64,000 bases of DNA, from contig CAMOUW010000002.1 of the NCBI GenBank assembly GCA_946626755.1, forward strand, positions 3,617-67,616, given 5' to 3'. Made by a program: the position numbers and the translations under genes. A model generated the notes under the pieces. It was given only the letters and a program-made list of their open reading frames with translations. It was not told the origin of the DNA and searched no databases. Positions 19,312 to 28,248 of the stretch are shown here, one piece after another (within the stretch, counting starts at the first letter, position 1; each line of letters starts with the position of its first letter). The stretch comes from an uncultured Clostridia bacterium (GTDB taxonomy: Bacteria; Bacillota; Clostridia; Lachnospirales; Lachnospiraceae).

Positions 19312-20112
19312 ATGTATTTGATCATTGGAGCATGCATGCTGCCCCATCCGCCTGTAATTCTGCCTCAGGTGGGAAGGGGAGAAGAAAAAAAGATCGCAAA
19401 GACCACAGAGAGCTTTATGAAGGCAGGGGAGCTTATAGCGCAGTTAAAGCCTGAAACCATCGTGATAACAACCCCCCACAGCATTATGTACAGGGATTAT
19501 TTTCACATTTCCCCGGGGGAGTCGGCGCATGGCGACATGGGGCTTTTCAGGGCACCGGAACTTACATTTGACGTAAGATACGATACAGAGCTTACAGGTA
19601 TGATAAGTCATATGGCAGAAAAAAACGGTATTCCCGCAGGCACGGAAGGGGAGCGGGATCCGGAGCTTGATCATGGTGTCATGGTTCCGCTGTATTTTGT
19701 AAATAAGCTATATAAGGACTATAAGCTGGTGCGCATCGGGCTTTCCGGTCTGTCGCTAAAGAAGCATGTTGAATTCGGACGCATTATCCGTGATGCTGTA
19801 AATGAGACGGGGCGCCGTGTGTTTTTCATAGCTAGCGGTGATCTTTCCCACAGATTAAAGCCTGAAGGGCCTTACGGTTTTAATGATAAAGGCCCGGTGT
19901 ACGATGAGCGGATCATGGACGTGATGGGGGAAGCGAGGTTTGATGAACTTCTGGAGTTTCCGGATGACCTGCTTGAAAATGCGGCAGAGTGCGGACACAG
20001 AAGCTTTTGCATCATGTCGGGAGCATTGGAAGGTCTTGATGTAAAGCCTGAAAGATTAAGTCATGAGGATATATTCGGCGTGGGGTATGGTGTGGTAAGC
20101 TATAAAATATAA
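19312..20112 (+). CDS. LigB/Memo-superfamily (class III extradiol dioxygenase subunit B-like) protein
   Basis: Contains LPHPPVI, TPHS, DHGVMVPLYF, SGDLSHRL and AECGHRSF. The start is uncertain between 19309, 19312 and 19318. Confidence 0.65.
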   Translation: MYLIIGACMLPHPPVILPQVGRGEEKKIAKTTESFMKAGELIAQLKPETIVITTPHSIMYRDYFHISPGESAHGDMGLFRAPELTFDVRYDTELTGMISHMAEKNGIPAGTEGERDPELDHGVMVPLYFVNKLYKDYKLVRIGLSGLSLKKHVEFGRIIRDAVNETGRRVFFIASGDLSHRLKPEGPYGFNDKGPVYDERIMDVMGEARFDELLEFPDDLLENAAECGHRSFCIMSGALEGLDVKPERLSHEDIFGVGYGVVSYKI

Positions 20113-20160
20113 AATGGAACACAGCGAAATGTAAATTATTAGGCGTGAATCGGAACCGGT

Positions 20161-20188
20161 AATAACCCCCGTGGGGGGTTATTTTTTT
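20161..20188 (+). terminator. Rho-independent terminator
   Basis: aataaccccc-gtg-gggggttatt followed by a T-run. Confidence 0.75.
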
Positions 20189-20255
20189 GCTGTGTGAATG
20201 ATAGTATCGATGTGTAAATATACAAGCTGTACAAAAAACAAAAGGCGGGCAGAAC

Positions 20256-20855
20256 ATGGAAAAAGAAACAGAGGTTAAAACGGACAAAAGAAGATTGAAG
20301 TCGAGGACAAAGATAAAAGAAGCCTTTATTTCTTTGCACAAAAGAGAAGGATATGACGGGGTCACCATTACATCCATATGCGAAGAGGCTCATATCAGCA
20401 GGAGCACTTTTTATGCACATTATGATAATGTGACCGGGGTTTTGGAAGAGATACTTGACGAAGCCCTGCAGGAAACCGGGTCTTTCTGGGCAAAGCATCT
20501 TGATCTGATACCTGAAAAAGAAGAAAAAAATTGCAAAACACCTTTTTGTGTATTTGTCAGAGAAAATGACAGATACAGGAATATTTTCATAGATGACGCG
20601 TTCTCGTCTCTGATCGTAAAAAAACTAGTGGACCGGTCATCAGATATGTACTACAAATATATTTCCGGATATACAAAAATGACGCGGGAGCAGCTGCGGG
20701 CTGTTTTGGTTTTTCAGACCAGCGGATGCTTGTCTATCACCAAGATGGGGATACGTGAAAAGATGAAACGATGGGATTGTGTACGGGGATGTATAGATGA
20801 ATTTGTAAAAAGCGGAATAAAGGGTATCATAGAAAAAAATGAGAAGACCAAATAA
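20256..20855 (+). CDS. TetR/AcrR family transcriptional regulator
   Basis: Has the N-terminal TetR HTH (IKEAFISLHKREGYDGVTITSICEEAHISRSTFYAHY). Confidence 0.85.
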   Translation: MEKETEVKTDKRRLKSRTKIKEAFISLHKREGYDGVTITSICEEAHISRSTFYAHYDNVTGVLEEILDEALQETGSFWAKHLDLIPEKEEKNCKTPFCVFVRENDRYRNIFIDDAFSSLIVKKLVDRSSDMYYKYISGYTKMTREQLRAVLVFQTSGCLSITKMGIREKMKRWDCVRGCIDEFVKSGIKGIIEKNEKTK

Positions 20856-21036
20856 ATGTGTCCGTCAATGACATATATTCAAATGCGCTTTTTTACGGTG
20901 CAGTTTTTATTATACAAAATCGTACAATACGTACGATAACATGCCTTTCATATCCCCCGTACGGGGATGCATTTATTGTACACCTCGTATAAATTGTTAC
21001 ACAGGGGCGGGACAAAAACAGAAAGGAGTTTGTGTC

Positions 21037-21846
21037 TTGGAAGCTAAAGAAAGCGCTAAAAAATGGGACGGAGTTGCCGGCCAGTTCAATGACCTGAAAG
21101 TGCCTGCCTGGAAGGATGATCCTTTTTTGAAAATACTGGAAAAACTTCCGGTATGGACGCCGGATAGCGAAGTGCTGGATCTGGGATGCGGAGCGGGAAG
21201 ATACTCCATTGCCGTGGCAGACAGATGCGGTCATGTTACAGGAAGCGATGTTTCACCGAAGATGATAGAATTTGCCGTAAAGAAAAAAGAAGAATACGGC
21301 AAAGATAATATCAGCTTTATAAATGAATGCTGGCATGATATGGATATCAAAGAAAAGGGGATGGAAAAAAAATATGATCTCATATTCGGTCATATGACCC
21401 CTGCATTTGATACGGTGGATGACCTTGACAGAGCCGCTCAGGCCTGCAAAGGCTTTTGCGCACTTGCCACATTTGCAAAACGGGAAGCTCCGGTGGCAGA
21501 TGAGTTTCTAAAGTATATGAAAACCGAGTCCCGGTGGCATGATGAAAATAAGATCCCGGTTTTCTTTGAACATCTGTACAAAAATAAAAATTATCCGGTT
21601 GTGGACTATTATTACAGGGATGACACACAAGAGTTTTGCAGGGAGGATGCTGTGGCTTTTCTAAAGGACCGTTATATTCTGGATACTGCAGCCGAAGCAG
21701 ATGAAAAGAATGTTGAAAAAATATGTGATTTTGTAGACGCCCACATGAAAAACGGTATTTTTGTAAATGAGGTAAATTCCCTTATCGTAACATTAGTATG
21801 GAGAACGCAGGAGGTTGAGAATGGATTTGACAGCTATAAAAGATGA
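21037..21846 (+). CDS. Class I SAM-dependent methyltransferase
   Basis: Motif I VLDLGCGAGRYS is present. I chose TTG at 21037, 8 nt after GGAG, because the upstream part of the ORF looks non-coding. Confidence 0.75.
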   Translation: MEAKESAKKWDGVAGQFNDLKVPAWKDDPFLKILEKLPVWTPDSEVLDLGCGAGRYSIAVADRCGHVTGSDVSPKMIEFAVKKKEEYGKDNISFINECWHDMDIKEKGMEKKYDLIFGHMTPAFDTVDDLDRAAQACKGFCALATFAKREAPVADEFLKYMKTESRWHDENKIPVFFEHLYKNKNYPVVDYYYRDDTQEFCREDAVAFLKDRYILDTAAEADEKNVEKICDFVDAHMKNGIFVNEVNSLIVTLVWRTQEVENGFDSYKR

Positions 21847-22360
21847 TGATATGAGGCGTTGTGTGGAGTTTCACGGACATATCTGTCCCGGGCTTACCAT
21901 CGGATACAGAGCGGCAAAATATGCAATAAAGCTGCTTGATCTTAATTTTTCCGAAGATGAGGATGTGGTATGCGTTACTGAAAATGATGCATGCGGAGTA
22001 GATGCTATACAGGTGCTCCTTGGATGCAGCGCAGGAAAAGGCAATCTGCTCTTTCACATGAGAGGCAAGCAGGCATTTTCTTTTTACAACAGAACTTCAG
22101 GCAAGTCGGTAAGACTTGTTCTGAAGGCCGGAAATGATGGCAAAGAAAGAGATGAATGGCAGCAGGCGCTGATGGAGATGCCGGATGAGGATATTTTTGA
22201 AGTGAAAGAAGTTACGTTCAAACTTCCTGAAAAAGCAAAGATATTTGTTTCTTACCCTTGCGAAAAATGCGGTGAAATGACTGCCGAAAGCTTTATAAGG
22301 CTTGAGGACGGGAAGAAGCTTTGTCCGGATTGCTATGAGGAGTATTCGAGATTTTCATAA
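21821..22360 (+). CDS. FmdE-family protein with C-terminal zinc ribbon
   Basis: FHGHICPGLTIGYRA is the FmdE signature. The C-terminus has CEKCGE...CPDC. AGGAGG lies 6 nt before the ATG at 21821. Confidence 0.8.
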   Translation: MDLTAIKDDDMRRCVEFHGHICPGLTIGYRAAKYAIKLLDLNFSEDEDVVCVTENDACGVDAIQVLLGCSAGKGNLLFHMRGKQAFSFYNRTSGKSVRLVLKAGNDGKERDEWQQALMEMPDEDIFEVKEVTFKLPEKAKIFVSYPCEKCGEMTAESFIRLEDGKKLCPDCYEEYSRFS

Positions 22361-22527
22361 ATTAAGCGCTTTAACAATAATATATCGTTTAAAAATGCTA
22401 TAGTGCCTTTTGACTACGCATCAAAGCCGGGTTCTTTTATGGCATCTGTACAGTATCCTTAGCCTGTCGAAGGGTACATAAATAGTTTTAAATTTAGAAT
22501 AATCACACATAAACGGAGGATAATAAA

Positions 22528-23730
22528 ATGAAGTTCAAAAAAGGTTTAAAATATGCAGCACTTGGTCTGGCAGCGGCAGCTATGACGCCTGTTCTTGCGG
22601 CATGTTCAAGTGGCGGCGGTACGGAAAGCACAACTACAGCCAAGCAGGCGGAAACCACAACTGCGGCGGCTGATACCACTTCAACAACTGCAGCTTCCTC
22701 ATCCGGCGGAACAAAAACCATAACAGACAATACAGGAAGAACTGTAGAAGTTCCTGAAAAGGTAAATTCCGTAATAGGTCTTAACAACGGTCTTCGCTAT
22801 CTTTGCTATCTCGGCTGTGTAGACAAGGTTGTAGGCGTAGAGCAGGGTGAGATAGAAAAAGGCGATGAGAGGATAAATGTTGTAAAAGCTTATGGTCACA
22901 TAAATAAAGATAAGTGGCAGGATAAGCCTATAGTAGGAGAGGGAGGTTCCGGCGGTTATACCCCTTATGAAGAAGAGATCATAAACTGCGCACCTGATGT
23001 TATCATTGCAGGTTACTCAAAAGAGGATGCAGAGTCTCTGCAGCAGAAAACAGGAATCCCTGTGGTAGCGATCAATTCCGGAACATTATTCGGACAGGAT
23101 TATGACGATTCTCTGGAAGTCATCGGGGAAGTAATGGGCGTTGAAGACAGGGCGAAGGCCATAATAGATTATATCGATGAGGTTCAGGAGGATGTGGCTG
23201 CAAGGGCTGCAAAGGTGCCTGATGACAAGAAACCAAGCGTATACACCGGAGCCGTTTCATTTAAGGGCGGACACGGAATAGAAGGAACATACAGCAATTT
23301 TCCCATCTTTACGGTCCTTAATGCAAATGATGTATGCAAGGGGCTTTCAGACAAGGTGAACGGTATGACCATCGATAAGGAGAAGGTGCTGGAGTGGAAT
23401 CCTGACTACATTTTCCTTGATCCCAACAACAAATCATACGTAAAAGAGGATTATGATGCCAATCCGGACTATTATATCCAGCTTAAGGCGGTAGAAGACG
23501 GAAATGTATACACTTGTCTGGGTTATAACTGGTACCATACAAACATAGAAATAGCTCTTGCCGATACATATTATGTGGGAAGCGTGATCTATCCCGAGGC
23601 CTTTAGCGACATAGACCCCAAGGAGAAGGCAAAAGAGATCTTCAAGTTCTTCCTTGACTCCGATACTTATTATGACGACCTGGATAAAGCAGGCATGGGA
23701 TTTGGAAAGATAGATGTAAAAAATCTTTGA
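22528..23730 (+). CDS. ABC substrate-binding lipoprotein, FecB/BtuF (cluster A, PBP type 8) family
   Basis: Has lipobox LAACSSGGG, a Thr/Ala-rich linker and a periplasmic-binding-protein fold typical of iron-chelate or corrinoid binders. Confidence 0.8.
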   Translation: MKFKKGLKYAALGLAAAAMTPVLAACSSGGGTESTTTAKQAETTTAAADTTSTTAASSSGGTKTITDNTGRTVEVPEKVNSVIGLNNGLRYLCYLGCVDKVVGVEQGEIEKGDERINVVKAYGHINKDKWQDKPIVGEGGSGGYTPYEEEIINCAPDVIIAGYSKEDAESLQQKTGIPVVAINSGTLFGQDYDDSLEVIGEVMGVEDRAKAIIDYIDEVQEDVAARAAKVPDDKKPSVYTGAVSFKGGHGIEGTYSNFPIFTVLNANDVCKGLSDKVNGMTIDKEKVLEWNPDYIFLDPNNKSYVKEDYDANPDYYIQLKAVEDGNVYTCLGYNWYHTNIEIALADTYYVGSVIYPEAFSDIDPKEKAKEIFKFFLDSDTYYDDLDKAGMGFGKIDVKNL

Positions 23731-23813
23731 TCTTAAGCTTTTAGATGATAAGTAATACAAAAAAAATAAGACTGGAGTTTCAGATATGATCAATAAGAAA
23801 AGGCGGAACGCTC

Positions 23814-24884
23814 ATGGGGAGTAGTTCAAAGGCGAGATCTGATTATAATAAATTTGTCCGGAAAAAGGTTCTTGTTCTTGTTATTCTTTGCGCAGCTTTG
23901 TTTGCCCTGGCTATTTTTGCCATAGGTCAGGGCTCGGCGCACGTTTCCATATCAGAAATTTTCAAGACTTTTATCGGACAGGGAGAACCCAGATCCCAGA
24001 CAGTGGTCGTGGGAGTCAGGGTTCCGCGTGTGACTACGGCCATACTGGTGGGGGCTATTCTTGCCATTACCGGAGTGGTTATGCAAAGTGTACTGAAAAA
24101 TCCGCTGGCATCAGCATCCACCCTTGGTGTGTCAAACGGAGCATCATTCGGAGCAACTATAGCTATCATAGTTTTTTCGGCAGGCATCCAGAATTCCACA
24201 TCGGCAGCCAATGCCATAAGCGTGACCAATCCCTTTCTGGTAAGCACCTGCGCCTTTCTGGGAGGTATAGGGGCGACGATCATTATCATAGCCCTTTCCA
24301 GGATAAAACAGGTGGGGCAGCAGGGGCTGGTGCTTGCCGGCGTGGCTCTGAGCGCTATTTTTTCCGGAGCCAGCACACTGATACAATATTTTGCGGATGA
24401 CGTCCAGGTGGCAGCTGTTGTATTCTGGACATTTGGCGATCTCGGAAGCACCAGTATGAAAGAGGTTCTCATCATACTTGCAGCATTTGCAGGCGCATTT
24501 ATATTTTTTATGATAAACAGATGGAATTACAATGCCATGGAAAACGGCGAGGAAACTGCCAAGAGTCTCGGGGTAAATGTAAATCTGATCATGTACTCGA
24601 CTATGGCTGTTGCTGCATTTGCCACATCCATAGCCGTATCATATGTTGGTATCATAAGCTTTATCGGACTTATAGCCCCTCATATAATGAGGCGTTTTGT
24701 GGGGAATGATTACAGGTTTCTCATCCCTGTTTCAGCCGTAGCGGGAGCGCTTTTGCTTCTCGGGGCTGATTCATTTGCCCGTCTGATAATAGCGCCGATA
24801 ATTCTTCCTATAGGAGCCATTACTTCATTTGTGGGAGGACCGGTGTTCCTCTGGATATTGTTTAAGGGAGCTAAGAGAAAGTGA
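23814..24884 (+). CDS. FecCD-family ABC permease (iron-chelate/corrinoid uptake type)
   Basis: 356 aa with about 10 TM helices and FecCD signatures (ASASTLGVSNGASFGA, ITSFVGGPVFLWIL). Confidence 0.88.
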   Translation: MGSSSKARSDYNKFVRKKVLVLVILCAALFALAIFAIGQGSAHVSISEIFKTFIGQGEPRSQTVVVGVRVPRVTTAILVGAILAITGVVMQSVLKNPLASASTLGVSNGASFGATIAIIVFSAGIQNSTSAANAISVTNPFLVSTCAFLGGIGATIIIIALSRIKQVGQQGLVLAGVALSAIFSGASTLIQYFADDVQVAAVVFWTFGDLGSTSMKEVLIILAAFAGAFIFFMINRWNYNAMENGEETAKSLGVNVNLIMYSTMAVAAFATSIAVSYVGIISFIGLIAPHIMRRFVGNDYRFLIPVSAVAGALLLLGADSFARLIIAPIILPIGAITSFVGGPVFLWILFKGAKRK

Positions 24885-25726
24885 TAAATATAAAAGACAT
24901 AAACTTTTCTTATGGGAAAAGGGACATTTTAAAGGATATTTCCTTCGATATCCAGGACAATAAATGTATTGCCATACTGGGAAATAACGGCGCCGGCAAA
25001 AGTACGCTCATAAAGTGTCTTAACCGTATCATTCCGGTAAAGGGAGGCGTCGTGATGGTCAGCGGGGCGGACCTGTTTAAGATGCCCAGAAATGAGGTGG
25101 CAAAAAATATAGCATATGTGGCACAGAAAACGGAGACAAGCAGGGTTACGGTATATGACGCTATTCTTGTGGGACGCAAGCCTTATATAAAATGGGATAT
25201 AACGGCTGATGACAAAAAAATAGTAGATGATGTCATAGAGCATATGGATCTGGAGGATTTTACCCTCAGATTTATAGACGAGCTTTCCGGCGGGGAGCTT
25301 CAGAAGGTAATGCTTGCCAGAGCTATGGTGCAGCAGCCGAAGTTTCTGCTTCTTGATGAGCCTACCAGTAATCTGGATCCAAGAAACCAGTACGAGCTCA
25401 TGAAGAGGGTAAAGCATATAGCAAGGGAGCACAATATTTCAGTTGCAGTGGTGATACATGATCTGAACCTTGCGCTGCGCTATTGCGATAAGTTTTTGTT
25501 TATAAAGGACAGCAGGGTATTTGCATACGGAGATCATGACATCATGACGCCGAAGATAATTTCCGATGTTTATAACATGAAGTCGGATGTGATAGAGCAC
25601 AACGGCATAAAACTGGTAGTGCCCCTGCCGGATGAACCATATGAGCTGACTCACGGCGACGGGCATGGTCATGGTGGTATCAATGTGACTTCAAATGAGC
25701 ATGTTAAAGAGGCTTGTAATTCGTAA
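24881..25726 (+). CDS. ABC ATP-binding protein (FepC/FecE type) with His/Gly-rich C-terminal tail
   Basis: Walker A GNNGAGKST, signature LSGGELQK and Walker B LLLDEPTSNLD are present. The tail reads ELTHGDGHGHGGINVTSNEH. Confidence 0.88.
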   Translation: MINIKDINFSYGKRDILKDISFDIQDNKCIAILGNNGAGKSTLIKCLNRIIPVKGGVVMVSGADLFKMPRNEVAKNIAYVAQKTETSRVTVYDAILVGRKPYIKWDITADDKKIVDDVIEHMDLEDFTLRFIDELSGGELQKVMLARAMVQQPKFLLLDEPTSNLDPRNQYELMKRVKHIAREHNISVAVVIHDLNLALRYCDKFLFIKDSRVFAYGDHDIMTPKIISDVYNMKSDVIEHNGIKLVVPLPDEPYELTHGDGHGHGGINVTSNEHVKEACNS

Positions 25727-25833
25727 TACCTTGATCAGTGGACATAAACTATTACGGATGTTTCATATTGTATCACTGCGATGCATAGTAGTAAAATAAC
25801 ACCAAAGTGTTTACAGACCCTTGTAAATACTAA

Positions 25834-25929
25834 GGTGTTTTTTTTATAAGTTCCCGGAGTTGCAGACATATCTGTATGATAAAATAGGGATATACTGAAG
25901 TCTGTTGGATCTCGACAGGTTTTTAACGG
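25834..25929 (+). pseudogene. Remnant of the 3' end of a paralogue of the 26969-27598 gene
   Basis: Nucleotide similarity to 27485-27588. Translation F-PELQTYLYDKIGIY*SLLDLDRFLT matches LLELQTYLYEETGIYRSPLDLDRFLT and contains an in-frame stop. Confidence 0.7.
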
Positions 25930-26096
25930 ACAGGGCAAATTGAAATTATGAAACTTTATTGTAAATAAAACGGAACCAATTAAGTATAAGTCCGAAAGAG
26001 AAGTTATTGCGGCGGATATTGCAAATGGAAAATATATAATAACTGAAAATGGTTGGGTAGAATAATTATCTTAGGATAAAAAACAATTATCATATA

Positions 26097-26273
26097 GCGG
26101 AGTGGATAGCAGGTCTGAAAGGCGGAGCCGGAGCAAATGTGCCTCTTCACATCAGTAGATTTTTCCCACGTTATAAAATTCAGGATGCAAAAGCCACGGA
26201 TGTGGAACTTGTATATCGTCTTGCAGAAACAGCAAAAGTGTATTTGAAATATGTGTATACAGGCAACTGTTAA
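26097..26273 (+). pseudogene. Remnant: C-terminal 58 codons of a second AmmeMemoRadiSam radical-SAM gene
   Basis: Translates to AEWIAGLKGGAGANVPLHISRFFPRYKIQDAKATDVELVYRLAETAKVYLKYVYTGNC*. The full-length gene at 29960-30892 reads AEWIAGLKGGEGVNVPLHLSRFFPRHKMADAEATDVGMVYRFAEIAREYLKFVYTGNC*. No upstream coding part is present. Confidence 0.85.
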
Positions 26274-26445
26274 ATCCGGCTTATCCGGATTTATTAAAAG
26301 CATAATTCATTCTTTCTGCTTGAAAAATCAGTGTAAAATTATCGTAAAAAGGTTTATAATTATCTAAATTGTTGACAAAACGATCAGTGGCATCACTTTT
26401 GGTCACAACATCATAACATTTGTATTATTATTAGATAGAGAAAAA

Positions 26446-26877
26446 ATGAGTGATAAAAAGAATATGTGGTTATTATTAGCTTTACTTTCAGCTGTTTTTG
26501 CAGCCCTTACTTCAATACTTGCAAAAATAGGGATAGAAGATGTGGATTCTCATTTAGCTACCGCTATAAGAACCTTAGTAGTGGTAGGCATGTCCTGGCT
26601 TATGGTGTTTATCACCCACTCTCATACAGGTATAACTGCAATAAGCGGAAAAAGCTGGTTGTTTCTGATCTTATCAGGTCTTGCGACCGGAGCCTCGTGG
26701 CTGTGCTATTTTTATGCCATAAAGGTTGGTGATGTGTCAAAGGTTGTTCCGATAGACAAGTTAAGCGTGGTTATAACTATAGTGCTGGCAATTATTTTTC
26801 TGCATGAGGAGTTTACTTTAAAGACAGGTATAGGCGCTGCCTTGATAACGGCAGGCACACTTCTTATGGTCTTGTAA
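26446..26877 (+). CDS. Small EamA-domain (DMT superfamily) membrane transporter
   Basis: 143 aa with 4-5 TM helices and a single EamA repeat (LLSAVFAALTSILAKIG...). Confidence 0.75.
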   Translation: MSDKKNMWLLLALLSAVFAALTSILAKIGIEDVDSHLATAIRTLVVVGMSWLMVFITHSHTGITAISGKSWLFLILSGLATGASWLCYFYAIKVGDVSKVVPIDKLSVVITIVLAIIFLHEEFTLKTGIGAALITAGTLLMVL

Positions 26878-26968
26878 AAGTCTGTGATGTATACTGCGAA
26901 AAATGTATGATGAGCATTGGCGGATATAAATAAACAGCAATATAATAGTTTGGTGTAAAGGAGATTAT

Positions 26969-27598
26969 ATGATTAATCTGGATACAGTTAAGGAATTTGA
27001 GAGGTTTACGGAAAACTACAGAGCGCGCTGGTCCTATGCCGGATCTATTCTCTACGGTATGTGCAGGGAAAGGCCCAGGCATGACCTGAAAGATGTGGCA
27101 GCTTCAAAACTATTCCTGATAAGCCGCGGTTTTTTTGATGCTGACGGAAGGGCGTCGCAAATACCTGAGGATGAAGAGTTTTATTATGATGTCATAGCCC
27201 CGGTGATGCAAAGTGAGGCTTCGCGCATAGATTCCTACATAAGCCTGTTAAACGAAGACTGCCGAAAGATAAAAGACAGCAGGACATATATACTCGAGGC
27301 GCACAAATATCTTATGGATCTGTTTTCGGATATAAAATATTTTAACAACAGGATGCTTGCCGCAAGATATCTGCATTTTCATTGTCCGAAGATGGTATAT
27401 CTGTACAGTGAAAAGGCAGACAAGCGTTTAAGCGATATGGTAAGCCCCGAAAAAGAGGGGGATAAGTCTGAAAAATGTGACGGTATATATGCGGGATTTT
27501 TTGATAAGCTCCTGGAGCTGCAGACATATTTGTATGAAGAAACGGGGATATACAGAAGTCCGCTGGATCTCGACAGGTTTTTAACGGCAAAAAAGTAA
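26969..27598 (+). CDS. Hypothetical protein (209 aa, no recognisable family)
   Basis: Clean ORF with an RBS (aaaggag). A decayed paralogue fragment lies at 25834-25929. Confidence 0.55.
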   Translation: MINLDTVKEFERFTENYRARWSYAGSILYGMCRERPRHDLKDVAASKLFLISRGFFDADGRASQIPEDEEFYYDVIAPVMQSEASRIDSYISLLNEDCRKIKDSRTYILEAHKYLMDLFSDIKYFNNRMLAARYLHFHCPKMVYLYSEKADKRLSDMVSPEKEGDKSEKCDGIYAGFFDKLLELQTYLYEETGIYRSPLDLDRFLTAKK

Positions 27599-27613
27599 GG
27601 ATGGAGTTTTAAA

Positions 27614-28204
27614 ATGAAAAATGAAAGTGAAAAAGATCCTCTTGCATGGGAAGAGGTACGTACAGAACATATAGTACGGGACAAATGGATAGATTTCAGA
27701 AGGTCTTCATACCGCCTTCCCGACGGAAATGAGGTGGAGCCCTTCTACAGCTACAGCCGTAAGGATTATGTAGTGATAGTGGCGTCAGACACGGAAGGCA
27801 ATTACATCTGTGTCCGTCAGTTCAGACAGGGGGTCAGGGAGGTTACGACGGAGTTTCCTGCCGGTGGCATAGAGCGAAAAGACGGAAAGGAATACGGCAG
27901 TCGTGAGGGCTTTTCTGCGGAGGATGCGCTTGAAGCCGCAAAGCGGGAGCTTCTGGAGGAAACGGGATATATATCAGATGAATGGAAGCCTTTGCTTGTG
28001 ATCCCCTCAAATGCCACCATCGCAGACAATTATGCGCATATTTTTTCTGCTAAAAACTGCCGCAGGTCATCCGGACAATCACTTGACGATACGGAATTTG
28101 TTGAGGTGGTGACACATTTGCCTGAAGAAATAGAAGAGATGATAAAAAATGGAGAATTTCAGCAGGCGATGCATGTAATGGCGTGGCTGCTGGAGAAAAT
28201 ATGA
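27614..28204 (+). CDS. NUDIX hydrolase (ADP-ribose pyrophosphatase-like)
   Basis: Nudix box GGIERKDG...EAAKRELLEETGY is present. Confidence 0.85.
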   Translation: MKNESEKDPLAWEEVRTEHIVRDKWIDFRRSSYRLPDGNEVEPFYSYSRKDYVVIVASDTEGNYICVRQFRQGVREVTTEFPAGGIERKDGKEYGSREGFSAEDALEAAKRELLEETGYISDEWKPLLVIPSNATIADNYAHIFSAKNCRRSSGQSLDDTEFVEVVTHLPEEIEEMIKNGEFQQAMHVMAWLLEKI

Positions 28205-28248
28205 TATAATAAAGAGAGGGGAGACATAGAAAAAGGAGGAGAACAACA

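Noticed and set aside
20941-21036. Upstream extension of the methyltransferase ORF
   Set aside because: It has no RBS and implausible sequence. TTG at 21037 has GGAG at proper spacing, and the conserved domain starts after it.
22361-22527. Possible cobalamin riboswitch ahead of the BtuF/FecB-type binding protein
   Set aside because: I found no B12 box (GCCACTG-like core) and no conserved cobalamin aptamer helices.
23888-24475. 170-aa (+) and 182-aa (-) ORFs inside the FecCD permease gene
   Set aside because: These are alternative frames of a gene with clear FecCD signatures. Their composition is Arg/Gly/Ser-rich noise.
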